DNA of 31,432 nt, from positions 1 through 31,432 of the IMG/VR virus record IMGVR_UViG_3300033755_000092. One strand, given 5' to 3'. The notes under the pieces were generated by a model, which was not told the origin of the DNA, searched no databases, and was given only the letters and a program-made list of their open reading frames with translations. This document shows positions 15,362 through 23,891 of this stretch, piece after piece. Within the stretch, counting starts at the first letter, position 1, and every line of letters begins with the position of its first letter. A program made the position numbers and the translations under genes. Origin of the DNA: a virus (Duplodnaviria > Caudoviricetes).

Positions 15362-16705
15362 TCAGTAGTTTTCGAGCATGGCTATGGCCTGACGGCGCGA
15401 CCTGGAGTGGATGGTGGCCATGCTCCCGGGCTCGCTTGCAGCGTGGTTGGCCAGTGCGGCCGCCTGGAAGCGGTCCGCATGCCCCTTGGCTTCGCTTGCG
15501 GCCACGTCGAAGCGCACGTTGCCGGCAGCCGTGGTCACGCGGCGCACGCTGTGAAGATCCTCGCGCACCTGGTGGTCTGCGGGCACCAGGAAGGCCACAT
15601 CCTCGATCGCCCGACGCAGGCCGTAGGCCAGCTGCTCCTTGACCATGGCCGTGAAGGTGAGCGCTTCCACCTTGTAGCCGCCGAACGCTGTCTGCGCTTC
15701 CTCGGCAAGCTGCATGCCCAGACCGGTGTTGTCGATGCAGGCCCGGCGAAGCCTGGGGTGGGAGAGCACTGAGAAAAGGACCTCGCGCTGCTTGGCGAAG
15801 GGCATGCGCTCGAGTTCGATGATCTGGCGGGTGACCTTGATGTTGGCCATCCGCTCCACCACCCAGATCACGGTCAGGTCCTTCTTGCGGCCGATGTCCA
15901 CGCCCGCGAACAGGTCGCCCTGGGTGTCGCCCAGGTCCAGGACGATGTCCTCACGCTCGCATTTGGCGATCATTTCGTAGGTCAGGAAGGCCGTGGCTTC
16001 GTCCACCGGGATGCAGCAGTACTCCTGGAGCCAGGTGTCCTCGTCGCCGGCGTCCGCACGCTCATCTTCGAGCCAGAGGGCTCGTTCCTCCTCGGTCAGC
16101 GGCCGGCCCTTGATGCGATCGGCAAAACCCTCGGCAACTGCCAGCTGTATCGGCGTGGAGTGCAGGCTCCATTTGAGCTTGCCCTTCTTCACATCCTCGA
16201 CTTGTCGGTAGTATCTGTTGGATTTTCCATTGTATGTTGACAGGATGCGCAGTGGGAAACCCCAGGTGATGCAGGGCTTTGCCGCTTTCCACATTTTGTC
16301 CGGATCGTCGTGAAAGGCGTACTCATCCAAGGCGACCTTGCCGCCTTTCGAACGGAATGCCTTGGGGTTCGAAGAGAGAGCATTTATGCGCGGACCAGCC
16401 GTGAAGTCCACGGCATAGACGCGAATGTCGCGTTCATCCACGACTTCGGTGATCTCCAGACCCTTGGCCACGACATTGAAGAGCCGAACCCATTTCTCGC
16501 AGTAGAGGATGTACTCCTTGGCGGCAGTCTCGTCCGCCGAGGAAAACCAGACAGAAGGGACCAGGCCCTTCACGCAGTCGCGCACGTCCTCGTAGGCTTG
16601 GACGTATGTCGCGCCGATGCGGCGGGACTTCTCCCAGATCTTGATGCGGGATTGGTCCGCCAGCCAGCGGACCTGGTAGGGCAGAAAATAGGGCTGATCA
16701 GCCAT
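15362..16705 (-). CDS. Terminase large subunit (Mu gp28-like)
   Basis: LPYQVRW...EKSRRIGATY (Walker A), VALDEYAFH (Walker B), GVDIGRKKD and GHADRF nuclease motifs. Confidence 0.95.
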   Translation of the reverse strand: MADQPYFLPYQVRWLADQSRIKIWEKSRRIGATYVQAYEDVRDCVKGLVPSVWFSSADETAAKEYILYCEKWVRLFNVVAKGLEITEVVDERDIRVYAVDFTAGPRINALSSNPKAFRSKGGKVALDEYAFHDDPDKMWKAAKPCITWGFPLRILSTYNGKSNRYYRQVEDVKKGKLKWSLHSTPIQLAVAEGFADRIKGRPLTEEERALWLEDERADAGDEDTWLQEYCCIPVDEATAFLTYEMIAKCEREDIVLDLGDTQGDLFAGVDIGRKKDLTVIWVVERMANIKVTRQIIELERMPFAKQREVLFSVLSHPRLRRACIDNTGLGMQLAEEAQTAFGGYKVEALTFTAMVKEQLAYGLRRAIEDVAFLVPADHQVREDLHSVRRVTTAAGNVRFDVAASEAKGHADRFQAAALANHAASEPGSMATIHSRSRRQAIAMLENY

Positions 16706-17117
16706 GGCCGCAAAGTTGCTGGTCGATGATCTTGGCCAGCTCCTCGGCCGTGATGGGACCGCCGGCGGTTTCCGTCCGCTTGCTTACGGCTACGGCCTCA
16801 TAGTCCTTCACCTTGACCAGGTTGGGAATGAGACGCATGAGCGCGTAGAGCCGGTTGGCCGACACTTCCTTCCCCTCGGCCATATCCTCGCGCACCTTTT
16901 TGAGCAGCTCCCGGGCGAATTCGTAGAGTTCCTCGTGGAAGCTCTGCCGGCTGCCCAGATAGGCCCGGCGCTTGTCCTCCCAATCCCCGGCCTTTTCCTT
17001 CCAATTGCGGACCGTTCTTTCTGCCACCATCAGGCGCGAGGCGATCTCGGCCAGCGAGCATTGCTCGATGACGTAGAGCCTCTCGGCCTCGGGGCCAAGA
17101 ATGTCCGCCTTAGCCAA
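16698..17117 (-). CDS. Terminase small subunit-like HTH protein (DUF1804-like)
   Basis: AERLYVIEQCSLAEIASRLMVAERTVRNWKEKAGDWEDKR; overlaps the large subunit start. Confidence 0.8.
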   Translation of the reverse strand: MAKADILGPEAERLYVIEQCSLAEIASRLMVAERTVRNWKEKAGDWEDKRRAYLGSRQSFHEELYEFARELLKKVREDMAEGKEVSANRLYALMRLIPNLVKVKDYEAVAVSKRTETAGGPITAEELAKIIDQQLCGHG

Positions 17118-17355
17118 GGTAATCCTCCAGCTCGCGGATCTGGCGGTCGATTTCAGAGAGTTCGCGCTGGATCTCGCAAAGGCGGCGCAGCTCGACCTCG
17201 GCCTGGTCGAGTTTCAGCTTGGTCAGGTCAGGCTCAAATTGGTCGAGCACCCCGCGCATGAGCAGGATGCGCCCCTTGCCTTCGATGCGTAGATCGCGGG
17301 CGCGATGCTGAAGGTCGGCCAGCCGCGCCTTGTTTTGCAGACGTTCGCTGTTCAC
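17110..17355 (-). CDS. Coiled-coil hypothetical protein
   Basis: GTG start after AAGGAG; 81-aa helical sequence overlapping its neighbours. Confidence 0.7.
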   Translation of the reverse strand: MNSERLQNKARLADLQHRARDLRIEGKGRILLMRGVLDQFEPDLTKLKLDQAEVELRRLCEIQRELSEIDRQIRELEDYLG

Positions 17356-17621
17356 CGGCCAGTCTCCTTGCGCACCATGGGGCAGAACAGGTTGCTTTCG
17401 ATCTTGCTTTCCATGCGGGAGTTCTGGGCAATCATGCACTGAAGCGTTTCGAGGAAACCGTTTAGCATCTCGAAGTTGCGCTTCTCGCGATCAGAGTCCG
17501 CCTGCCTCTGCTCCTTCCAAGCCTTGTTCTGGCTTTTGAGAAACAGAAAAAGGATGACGAAGAGGAGCACCCCTATCCCGTTGTTCTTGACCATCTCCGT
17601 TATCCAGTGCCAATCGACCAT
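17352..17621 (-). CDS. Single-pass membrane protein (holin-like or Mu gp25-like)
   Basis: N-terminal TM GIGVLLFVILFLFL followed by a charged coiled coil; GGAG RBS. Confidence 0.7.
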   Translation of the reverse strand: MVDWHWITEMVKNNGIGVLLFVILFLFLKSQNKAWKEQRQADSDREKRNFEMLNGFLETLQCMIAQNSRMESKIESNLFCPMVRKETGR

Positions 17622-17673
17622 GGCGACTCCGTTTTTTCCAGTTGCTACGCCACAATCACATGATCTCAAGCAA

Positions 17674-17710
17674 GAAAAGACTCCACTGCACCGTGCAGTG
17701 GAGTCTTTTC
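17674..17710. promoter_or_regulatory. Perfect 37-bp palindrome between divergent late operons
   Basis: GAAAAGACTCCACTGCAC-C-GTGCAGTGGAGTCTTTTC (18-bp arms, 1-nt centre). Confidence 0.7.
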
Positions 17711-17788
17711 AAGTTCGTGTCCTAGTGTGCGGCACATAAGCCGAGTGCGTCAAGAGCCGACACGAACAGAAATGTAACGGAGAATTAT

Positions 17789-18448
17789 ATGGGTATAACG
17801 GGAGACATCACCATCCATCTGCCGCACCTGGGCAAGAACGTCATCATCACGCCCGATGAGCCTGCCTCGGAAAAGGCCATCGCCTGGGTCCTGGCGGCAG
17901 AAGGCCATGGCGGCGATCCGAACGATCCGGGGGGAGCCACCAACTGGGGCTGGACACTGTCCACCTTGAAGACCCTTGGCCCCGAGCTTGCGGACTTCAA
18001 CGGTGACGGCGTGGTGGACCTGAAGGATCTGGAGATGATGACCGCTGCCCAGGCCGCGAACCTCTACAAGCTGGTCATCTGGGACAAGCTCTCCTGCGAT
18101 CGGCTGGACCCCGGAGTGGCCTGCGTGCTCCTGGATTCAGCCGTGAACCTGGGGCCGGCCCGGGCCGTGGAATTCCTCCAGCAGGCCTTCAACGCGTTGC
18201 CGCTTCCCATGCGGGAGTACGCCAGCGTCCTCGGCCTGGAAGTTGACGGCGTCATCGGCCCCAAAACCGTGAACTCGGTCATGGCCGTTGGCTCCAGGCC
18301 GGGCGGAGCCCCCGCCTTGATCAAGGGAATGCTGACCAACCGCCTGAACTTCTACCGGAGCCTGCTCCCCGGCTCCCAGCGGTATTACGACGGCTGGCTG
18401 AATCGGCTGGGCGACCTTCAGACCTTCGTCTCGCAGGCCTGCGCGTGA
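17789..18448 (+). CDS. Glycoside hydrolase family 108 endolysin
   Basis: EGHGGDPNDPGGATNWG catalytic motif, DSAVNLG, VDGVIGPKT and C-terminal GWLNR. Confidence 0.9.
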   Translation: MGITGDITIHLPHLGKNVIITPDEPASEKAIAWVLAAEGHGGDPNDPGGATNWGWTLSTLKTLGPELADFNGDGVVDLKDLEMMTAAQAANLYKLVIWDKLSCDRLDPGVACVLLDSAVNLGPARAVEFLQQAFNALPLPMREYASVLGLEVDGVIGPKTVNSVMAVGSRPGGAPALIKGMLTNRLNFYRSLLPGSQRYYDGWLNRLGDLQTFVSQACA

Positions 18449-18576
18449 TGCGCCGCCGCTTAAGCGCCGCCCAGGCAGCCGGGGCCGTCATCGCCGTCGC
18501 GGCGGGGATCGCCCTGGCGTGCTCGGTCGGCATGCTGATTTTCGAGATGGCCAAGGCTTTGGAATACATCCACTAA
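18448..18576 (+). CDS. Small membrane peptide in the lysis cassette
   Basis: 42 aa MRRRLSAAQAAGAVIAVAAGIALACSVGMLIFEMAKALEYIH; TGATG-coupled to the endolysin. Confidence 0.55.
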   Translation: MRRRLSAAQAAGAVIAVAAGIALACSVGMLIFEMAKALEYIH

Positions 18577-18588
18577 AAGGAGATCGCC

Positions 18589-19044
18589 GTGAAAAGCTTC
18601 AAACATCCCCTCATTGTCTTCAGCCTTTTGTTCATTCTGGTCGCAGCCCTGGGGGCCTGCTCCGGCACCACCGCGCCGGCCGCTCCCGGCCAGGGCCAGG
18701 ACGCCACCCCGGCCGCGGCCACGGTCGTCGCTCCGGTCGCGACCAGCGCCACTGCCTCCGCCGGACAGGTTCTGGACCTCTCCGTGACGGCCCTGAACGA
18801 AAGTGTCGCCAAGCTCTCGGCCGAATATCCGGACAAGGCGCAGGCCCTCCAGGCTAAGGTCGCCCCGGCGCTGGCCCTCGTCCAGGACGCGGACAGCGAC
18901 TACCAGGCCGCTTTGTCCGCCGGGCAGTCCTCAAACTCCACGGACGCCCTTTGGGGCGTGGCCAAGACGGCAATGGGTCAGGTCATCGACGCCGCCATGC
19001 CCATCGTGGGCGAAGCCGCGCTCAAGGCGCTGGGGCTGCTCTAG
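18589..19044 (+). CDS. Lipoprotein (candidate spanin component)
   Basis: Signal peptide with lipobox LGAC, Ala/Pro linker and helical C-terminus; AAGGAG RBS. Confidence 0.7.
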   Translation: MKSFKHPLIVFSLLFILVAALGACSGTTAPAAPGQGQDATPAAATVVAPVATSATASAGQVLDLSVTALNESVAKLSAEYPDKAQALQAKVAPALALVQDADSDYQAALSAGQSSNSTDALWGVAKTAMGQVIDAAMPIVGEAALKALGLL

Positions 19045-19617
19045 ATGCCGGCCCCGGCGATCCAGACCCCTTACCTCCAGGGCGGCAAGGAGTTGTGCAC
19101 CACGGGGTCTTGCATCCTGGTGTATTCCCCGACCCTCCTGGGGGAGGCCATCCGCGAATTCGAGGACAACGGCGGCTGGTGCAACCACGCGGCGTCCATC
19201 GTCAGGATGCCCGAGCCGTTCTGCTCCGAAGCCGAAGTGAGCCTGGTGGAGGCCCTGGAGCACGGGCTCACCCCGACTCTCCTTAGAAGCTACTTCGGCA
19301 GCCCGGGCACGCGCCTGTATTTGTTCACCCCGGACGGCCTCACCCCTGAGGTGCAGGCCCGCTTCGCCGCGTGGATCATGGGCAAGATGTTCACTGGTAC
19401 GGCTTACGCCTACGGGGCTCTCGTGGAGCAGGTAGCCGGGCACGTACAGGAGGGCACCTCGGCCATGTTCTGTTCGGAAAGCTACGGCTGCGCGCTGGAG
19501 GCCGCCGGCCTCAAGCGCCTGGGGAGCGCGCCGGCCGGCGTCGCCCCGCAACCCACGGACATACCCGCCTGGTGGAGCGGCTCCCTGGTGGAGCTGGTGC
19601 CGCCGTTCGCGGCCTGA
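19045..19617 (+). CDS. Permuted papain-like NlpC/P60 (YaeF/YiiX-like) enzyme
   Basis: His before Cys: CNHAASIV...LVEAL...GTAYAY...MFCSE. Confidence 0.7.
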   Translation: MPAPAIQTPYLQGGKELCTTGSCILVYSPTLLGEAIREFEDNGGWCNHAASIVRMPEPFCSEAEVSLVEALEHGLTPTLLRSYFGSPGTRLYLFTPDGLTPEVQARFAAWIMGKMFTGTAYAYGALVEQVAGHVQEGTSAMFCSESYGCALEAAGLKRLGSAPAGVAPQPTDIPAWWSGSLVELVPPFAA

Positions 19618-19631
19618 AGGGAGGGCACGTG

Positions 19632-19922
19632 ATGAACCTCATGGGCATGATGGCCAATCTCGGCTGGAAAACCATCGCGGGCGCGGGCTTGTACGCCATC
19701 GGCCAGATCCTCCCGGTGGCGGCTCCGGAGCTGGCTCCCACCGCCGCGTACCTGAGCGCCTCCGGCGCGCTCCTGGGGGGTGTGGGCGTGGCCCACAAGG
19801 GAGCCACGATCCTGGCCGTCATACGGGACATCCTGGACGCCGTGCAGGCCCTGAACCTCCAGGCCAACCAGCCGGTTCAACCCAGCGGCGCGAACCAGGC
19901 CCAGCCCGGAGGGGGACAGTGA
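19632..19922 (+). CDS. Holin-like membrane protein
   Basis: GWKT followed by two hydrophobic segments (IAGAGLYAIGQIL; GALLGGVGVAHK). Confidence 0.6.
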   Translation: MNLMGMMANLGWKTIAGAGLYAIGQILPVAAPELAPTAAYLSASGALLGGVGVAHKGATILAVIRDILDAVQALNLQANQPVQPSGANQAQPGGGQ

Positions 19923-21031
19923 CCATGTTCAAGGGCGTGGAGATCTTCCGGGCGGGCGAGCACGTCAGCTCCGAGGGCGTGCGCAAAGCCTACACCGAAT
20001 CCGACCTGGACCGGATCGCGGCCTACGATTCGTCCAAGCACGAAGCCCCGGTGGTGGTGGGACATCCCGCCAGCAACGCCCCGGCTTATGGTTGGGTCGG
20101 CAAAGTCTGGCGTCAGGGAGGCAGGCTGCTGGCCGATTTCTCCGATGTGGATCCGGATTTCGCCGACCTGGTCAAGTCAGGGCGGTTCAAAAAGCGTTCG
20201 ATAAGCCTCTACCCCGACGGCACGCTTCGGCATGTGGGCTTCCTGGGAGCGGTGCCCCCGGCCATCAAGGGACTCAAGGACGTCTCGTTCGCGGAAGGGG
20301 AGGCGCTGACCTTCGACTTCGAGGATGGCCGCGTCTCGGGAATCGTCGGCGTCCTGGTCAATCTGCGCGACTGGATCATCGATCAATTCGGCGCGGACAC
20401 GGCCAACAATATCATGGACTCCGACGATCTGGGGCAGCTCCTGGATACGCCAAGCGACGACAATTCCAACATCGGGGCCGAGGATACGGCCTTCAAGGAG
20501 GAAGATATGGCAGCAGCCGAGATCAACAAACAGCTTGAGAGCCTGACCGGCCAGATGGCCCAGTTCTCCGAGCAGCTCAAGGCCAAGGACAAGCAGATCG
20601 CCGACCTGGAGGCCTCCAACAAGTCCCTGTCCGCGAAGCTGGACGCCACCGGCGGCAGCATCCTGAACAAGGACCTGGCCCAGTTCTGCGAGGCGCACCT
20701 CACGCGGATCCTGCCCGCGAACCGAGCCCGGGCCATGGCCATCATGACCACCCTGGCCAACTCCAAGCCGGTCAACTTCGCCGAGGAGGGTAAGGACCCC
20801 GCCGACGTGAGCCCGCTGAAGCTCTTCCAGGAGATGGTTTCATGCCTGCCGGTACAGGTCACCTTCGGCGAGCACGCCACGCGTGCCCGCGCCGGAAACG
20901 CCCTCGACGCTTCCGACGCCCAGGCCATGGCCACCAAGATCAGGGACAAGCGCGACGCCGCGCACAAGGCCGGCCGGGCGATGTCCTTCGCGGAAGCCCA
21001 AGCCGAGGTACTGAAGGAGGGCCAGAAATGA
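19919..21031 (+). CDS. Prohead protease/scaffold (Mu gpI-equivalent)
   Basis: EIFRAG...EAPVVVGHP..NAPAYGWV...FKKRSISLY...LRHVGFLGAVPPAIKGL, then a coiled-coil C-terminal half. Confidence 0.9.
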   Translation: MTMFKGVEIFRAGEHVSSEGVRKAYTESDLDRIAAYDSSKHEAPVVVGHPASNAPAYGWVGKVWRQGGRLLADFSDVDPDFADLVKSGRFKKRSISLYPDGTLRHVGFLGAVPPAIKGLKDVSFAEGEALTFDFEDGRVSGIVGVLVNLRDWIIDQFGADTANNIMDSDDLGQLLDTPSDDNSNIGAEDTAFKEEDMAAAEINKQLESLTGQMAQFSEQLKAKDKQIADLEASNKSLSAKLDATGGSILNKDLAQFCEAHLTRILPANRARAMAIMTTLANSKPVNFAEEGKDPADVSPLKLFQEMVSCLPVQVTFGEHATRARAGNALDASDAQAMATKIRDKRDAAHKAGRAMSFAEAQAEVLKEGQK

Positions 21032-21402
21032 ATCCGGGACTGATCAAAAGCTACACTGCATACGGCGAAATTCCCCCCAAGTGCATCGTCATGGCCGGCC
21101 CCTCCGACGGCACCGTGGCCCTGGCCAACGGGTCGACGGGAGTCTCCTTCCTGGGGCTCTCCGATGCCCTGGACGTCGCCTCCGGTTATCCCGTGGACGT
21201 GATCCACGACCGCATCGGCGACCTGACTCTGGGAGCCCCCGTGAACTTTGGCCAGCGTCTCACCTCGGACGCCAACGGCCACGGCATTCCGGCCGCCCCT
21301 GCCGCCGGGGTCAATTGCGAGGTGGTGTGTAAGGCCCTGGAGACCGGCATCGCCGGGGACATCATCCGGGTGCTCATCACCCTCACCCAAATCAAAGGTT
21401 AA
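21028..21402 (+). CDS. Capsid decoration/cement protein (DUF2190-like)
   Basis: 124 aa between scaffold and capsid; GQRLTSDANGHGI...KALETGIAGDIIRV. Confidence 0.75.
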   Translation: MNPGLIKSYTAYGEIPPKCIVMAGPSDGTVALANGSTGVSFLGLSDALDVASGYPVDVIHDRIGDLTLGAPVNFGQRLTSDANGHGIPAAPAAGVNCEVVCKALETGIAGDIIRVLITLTQIKG

Positions 21403-21413
21403 GGAGTTAATTC

Positions 21414-22370
21414 ATGGCACTCCCGTCGATGTCCCTGCCGAGTGTTGCTCCGTTCCAGATACTGCCGGAGTTGCAGGCGATCGCCATCGCCTATTCCAAC
21501 AACAAGCTGATCGCCGACCTGGTGCTTCCGCGCATTCGCCCAGTGGGCAAACAGGCCTTCGCCTGGATGCAATTCGCACTCCAGGACGGCTTCTACATTC
21601 CCGACACCAAGGTCGGCCGCAAATCCCAGCCCAATCAGGTGGAGTTCTCGGCCACGCTCCAGAACGCCCAGACTCAGGACTATTTCCTGGAGGACCCGAT
21701 CCCCTGGTCGGACATCGAGAACGCTCCCGAGAACTTCGACCCCAGAACCCACTCCACTGAGATGATCATGTATCTGATCCAGCTCGACCGGGAGCGTCGG
21801 GTATCCAACCTGGTGTTCAACGCCAACACCTATCCCGCGAGCAACCAAGTCACGCTGAGCGGCACCAGCCAGTTCAGCGACTACGTCAACTCCGACCCGG
21901 TGACGGCCATCAAGGCGGCCATGGATGCCATGGTCATGCGTCCCAACAAGATGGTCATCGGCCGCCCGGCGTGGAGCGTGCTCCAGAGCCATCCCGACAT
22001 CCTCAAGGCGGTCTATCGCAACTTGGGAGACGCCGGTAACGCCACCGCCCAGGAGGTGGCTGAAGTTCTTGAGCTGGATCAGATCATCGTGGGCGAAGCG
22101 TGGATGGACAGCTCCAAGCAAGGGCAAAACCCGACTTTAGCTCGCCTTTGGGGCAAGAACCTGGCCCTGATCTATCAGGGAGAGCTGTTCACCAATACGT
22201 CCGGTGTGACCTTCGGCTACACCGTCCCTTGGGGGGTGCCCATGGCCGGCGGATGGGAGGACAAGAACATCGGCCCGAGGGGCGGCGTGGTGGTCCGCGC
22301 CGGCGAGTCGGTCGAGGAAGTTATCGCCGCGCCGTTGTGCGGTTATCTCATGCAGAACGTCGTGGCCTAA
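21414..22370 (+). CDS. Major capsid protein
   Basis: 318 aa; LQAIAIAYSN..LIADLVLPR...LDRERRVSNLVF...WGKNLALIY; canonical position. Confidence 0.88.
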   Translation: MALPSMSLPSVAPFQILPELQAIAIAYSNNKLIADLVLPRIRPVGKQAFAWMQFALQDGFYIPDTKVGRKSQPNQVEFSATLQNAQTQDYFLEDPIPWSDIENAPENFDPRTHSTEMIMYLIQLDRERRVSNLVFNANTYPASNQVTLSGTSQFSDYVNSDPVTAIKAAMDAMVMRPNKMVIGRPAWSVLQSHPDILKAVYRNLGDAGNATAQEVAEVLELDQIIVGEAWMDSSKQGQNPTLARLWGKNLALIYQGELFTNTSGVTFGYTVPWGVPMAGGWEDKNIGPRGGVVVRAGESVEEVIAAPLCGYLMQNVVA

Positions 22371-22383
22371 AGGGAGGCGCACC

Positions 22384-22632
22384 ATGCAATACCTCGTGAA
22401 ACATCCGCTCAGCCACGATGGCAAGTCGTATGCCCCCGGCTCCCTGGTGGAGTTGGGGGATGAGGCGGCTGAGCCATTGCTGGCCGTCAAGACCATCGCG
22501 CTCCAGGGCAAAGTTACGGAGAGCGATTCAACCGAGCAGCCCGCGAAAGCTTCTGCCGCCGCGCCGCCGCCCACCAACGAAGGCCCCCAGGCTCCGTCCG
22601 AGGTCGAGAAGTCCAAGAGCGGGCAGAAGTAA
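22384..22632 (+). CDS. Small head-associated hypothetical protein
   Basis: YLVKHPLSHDGKSYAPGSLVEL...AEPLL motif typical of small genes following the capsid gene. Confidence 0.7.
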   Translation: MQYLVKHPLSHDGKSYAPGSLVELGDEAAEPLLAVKTIALQGKVTESDSTEQPAKASAAAPPPTNEGPQAPSEVEKSKSGQK

Positions 22633-22644
22633 GGAAGGCGGGAC

Positions 22645-23127
22645 GTGCCCTACTGCACCTTGGAAGACATCAGCATGGCCATGCCGGTGGCGACGCTCAT
22701 CCAGCTCACCGACGACACGGACGTCCAGACGGCCGTGAACGAGGACGTGCTGGACGATCATATCGCCAAGGCTGGCGACGTGATCGAATCCTACCTGCGG
22801 CAGCGCTACGTCCTGCCCATCACTCCGGTGCCACCGATCCTGGTGGAAGTGGCTGTCTCGCTCACGGTGTTCGGCCTGTTCGCCCGGCGGCCCGAAACCC
22901 ACGACGAGCCGCCCAAACTCTGGCTTGAACGCAACCGCACGGCGCTACGCATGCTGGAGCAGATGCAGGCCGGGCGCATCACCCTGGGCGTGGCCGGCGC
23001 GAACGACGCAGACCCCAAAAACAGCGAATTCCACGTGAACCCGCGCCGCAGGGAGTTTGGAAGGCGTCTCTGGGCCAGGTACCAGAACCCCGACCGCGAC
23101 TATCCGGGCAGGACGTACGAGGAATAG
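22645..23127 (+). CDS. Head-tail adaptor (Mu gp36 / DUF1320-like)
   Basis: MPYCTLEDI...LIQLTDD...IESYLRQRYVLP...GRITLG. Confidence 0.88.
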   Translation: MPYCTLEDISMAMPVATLIQLTDDTDVQTAVNEDVLDDHIAKAGDVIESYLRQRYVLPITPVPPILVEVAVSLTVFGLFARRPETHDEPPKLWLERNRTALRMLEQMQAGRITLGVAGANDADPKNSEFHVNPRRREFGRRLWARYQNPDRDYPGRTYEE

Positions 23128-23128
23128 C

Positions 23129-23644
23129 ATGCTCGAAATGATCGAACAGGCCATGGTGGCCAGGCTGGCCGCCCAGCTGCCGAACCTCTCCGTGGAGCCG
23201 TTCCCGGACAATCCCGGCGCCTACAAGTTGAACCACCCCATGGGCGCGCTGCTCGTCAACTACCATGGCTCCGACTACCGCGATCCCGAGTCCACTGACG
23301 CCATGATTCAGGAGCGCAAGGCGGACTGGGACATCACCCTACAGCTGCGCAACCTGCGGTCGCATGTTGGCGCATATCCGGTCATTGAGAGCATCAGGGC
23401 CGCCCTACAGGGCTGGGGGCAAAACGAGGTGGGCGCAGCCTTCTGGATGGTCTCGGACAAGTTCGTGGACGTGCTCCATGGGGTCTGGGTCTACCGGATC
23501 GTGGTCAGGCACAAGCTCATGGCCGTGCCGGTAGTATCTCCCGAAACCGAGGCCGAAGCCAACGCGGTCCTCTGTACCCAGGTGACGGCGAGCAACTCCG
23601 CCCTGGGCGAGGAAATCATCATCCCAAGGATCAACAATGGATAA
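23129..23644 (+). CDS. Mu gp37-like tail terminator
   Basis: VEPFPDNPGAYKLNHPMGALLVNYHGS...LRSHVGAYPVIESIRAALQGW. Confidence 0.8.
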   Translation: MLEMIEQAMVARLAAQLPNLSVEPFPDNPGAYKLNHPMGALLVNYHGSDYRDPESTDAMIQERKADWDITLQLRNLRSHVGAYPVIESIRAALQGWGQNEVGAAFWMVSDKFVDVLHGVWVYRIVVRHKLMAVPVVSPETEAEANAVLCTQVTASNSALGEEIIIPRINNG

Positions 23645-23891
23645 GCCCTTCGTATACAAAGGTCCGATATCCTCGGTCACGCTGCCCAAAGGCCGGGAGG
23701 TGATCCTTCACCCCGGCCGGACGGTCACGCTTCCCGATGACAATCCCTACGTGGCGACCCTGGCGGCCCGAGGCCACCTGGTCGCGGTTCCGGAGGCTGC
23801 TCCCAAGGCCGCACCGGAGAAGGCCGCTGCCGCCTCGTCGCCGGCGTCCAATCCTGAACCCGTAGTGGAGGGAGGTCCCAATGTCCGCTAA
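23637..23891 (+). CDS. Small hypothetical protein before the sheath
   Basis: 84 aa FVYKGPISSVTL...YVATLAARGHL; overlaps both neighbours. Confidence 0.7.
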   Translation: MDKPFVYKGPISSVTLPKGREVILHPGRTVTLPDDNPYVATLAARGHLVAVPEAAPKAAPEKAAAASSPASNPEPVVEGGPNVR

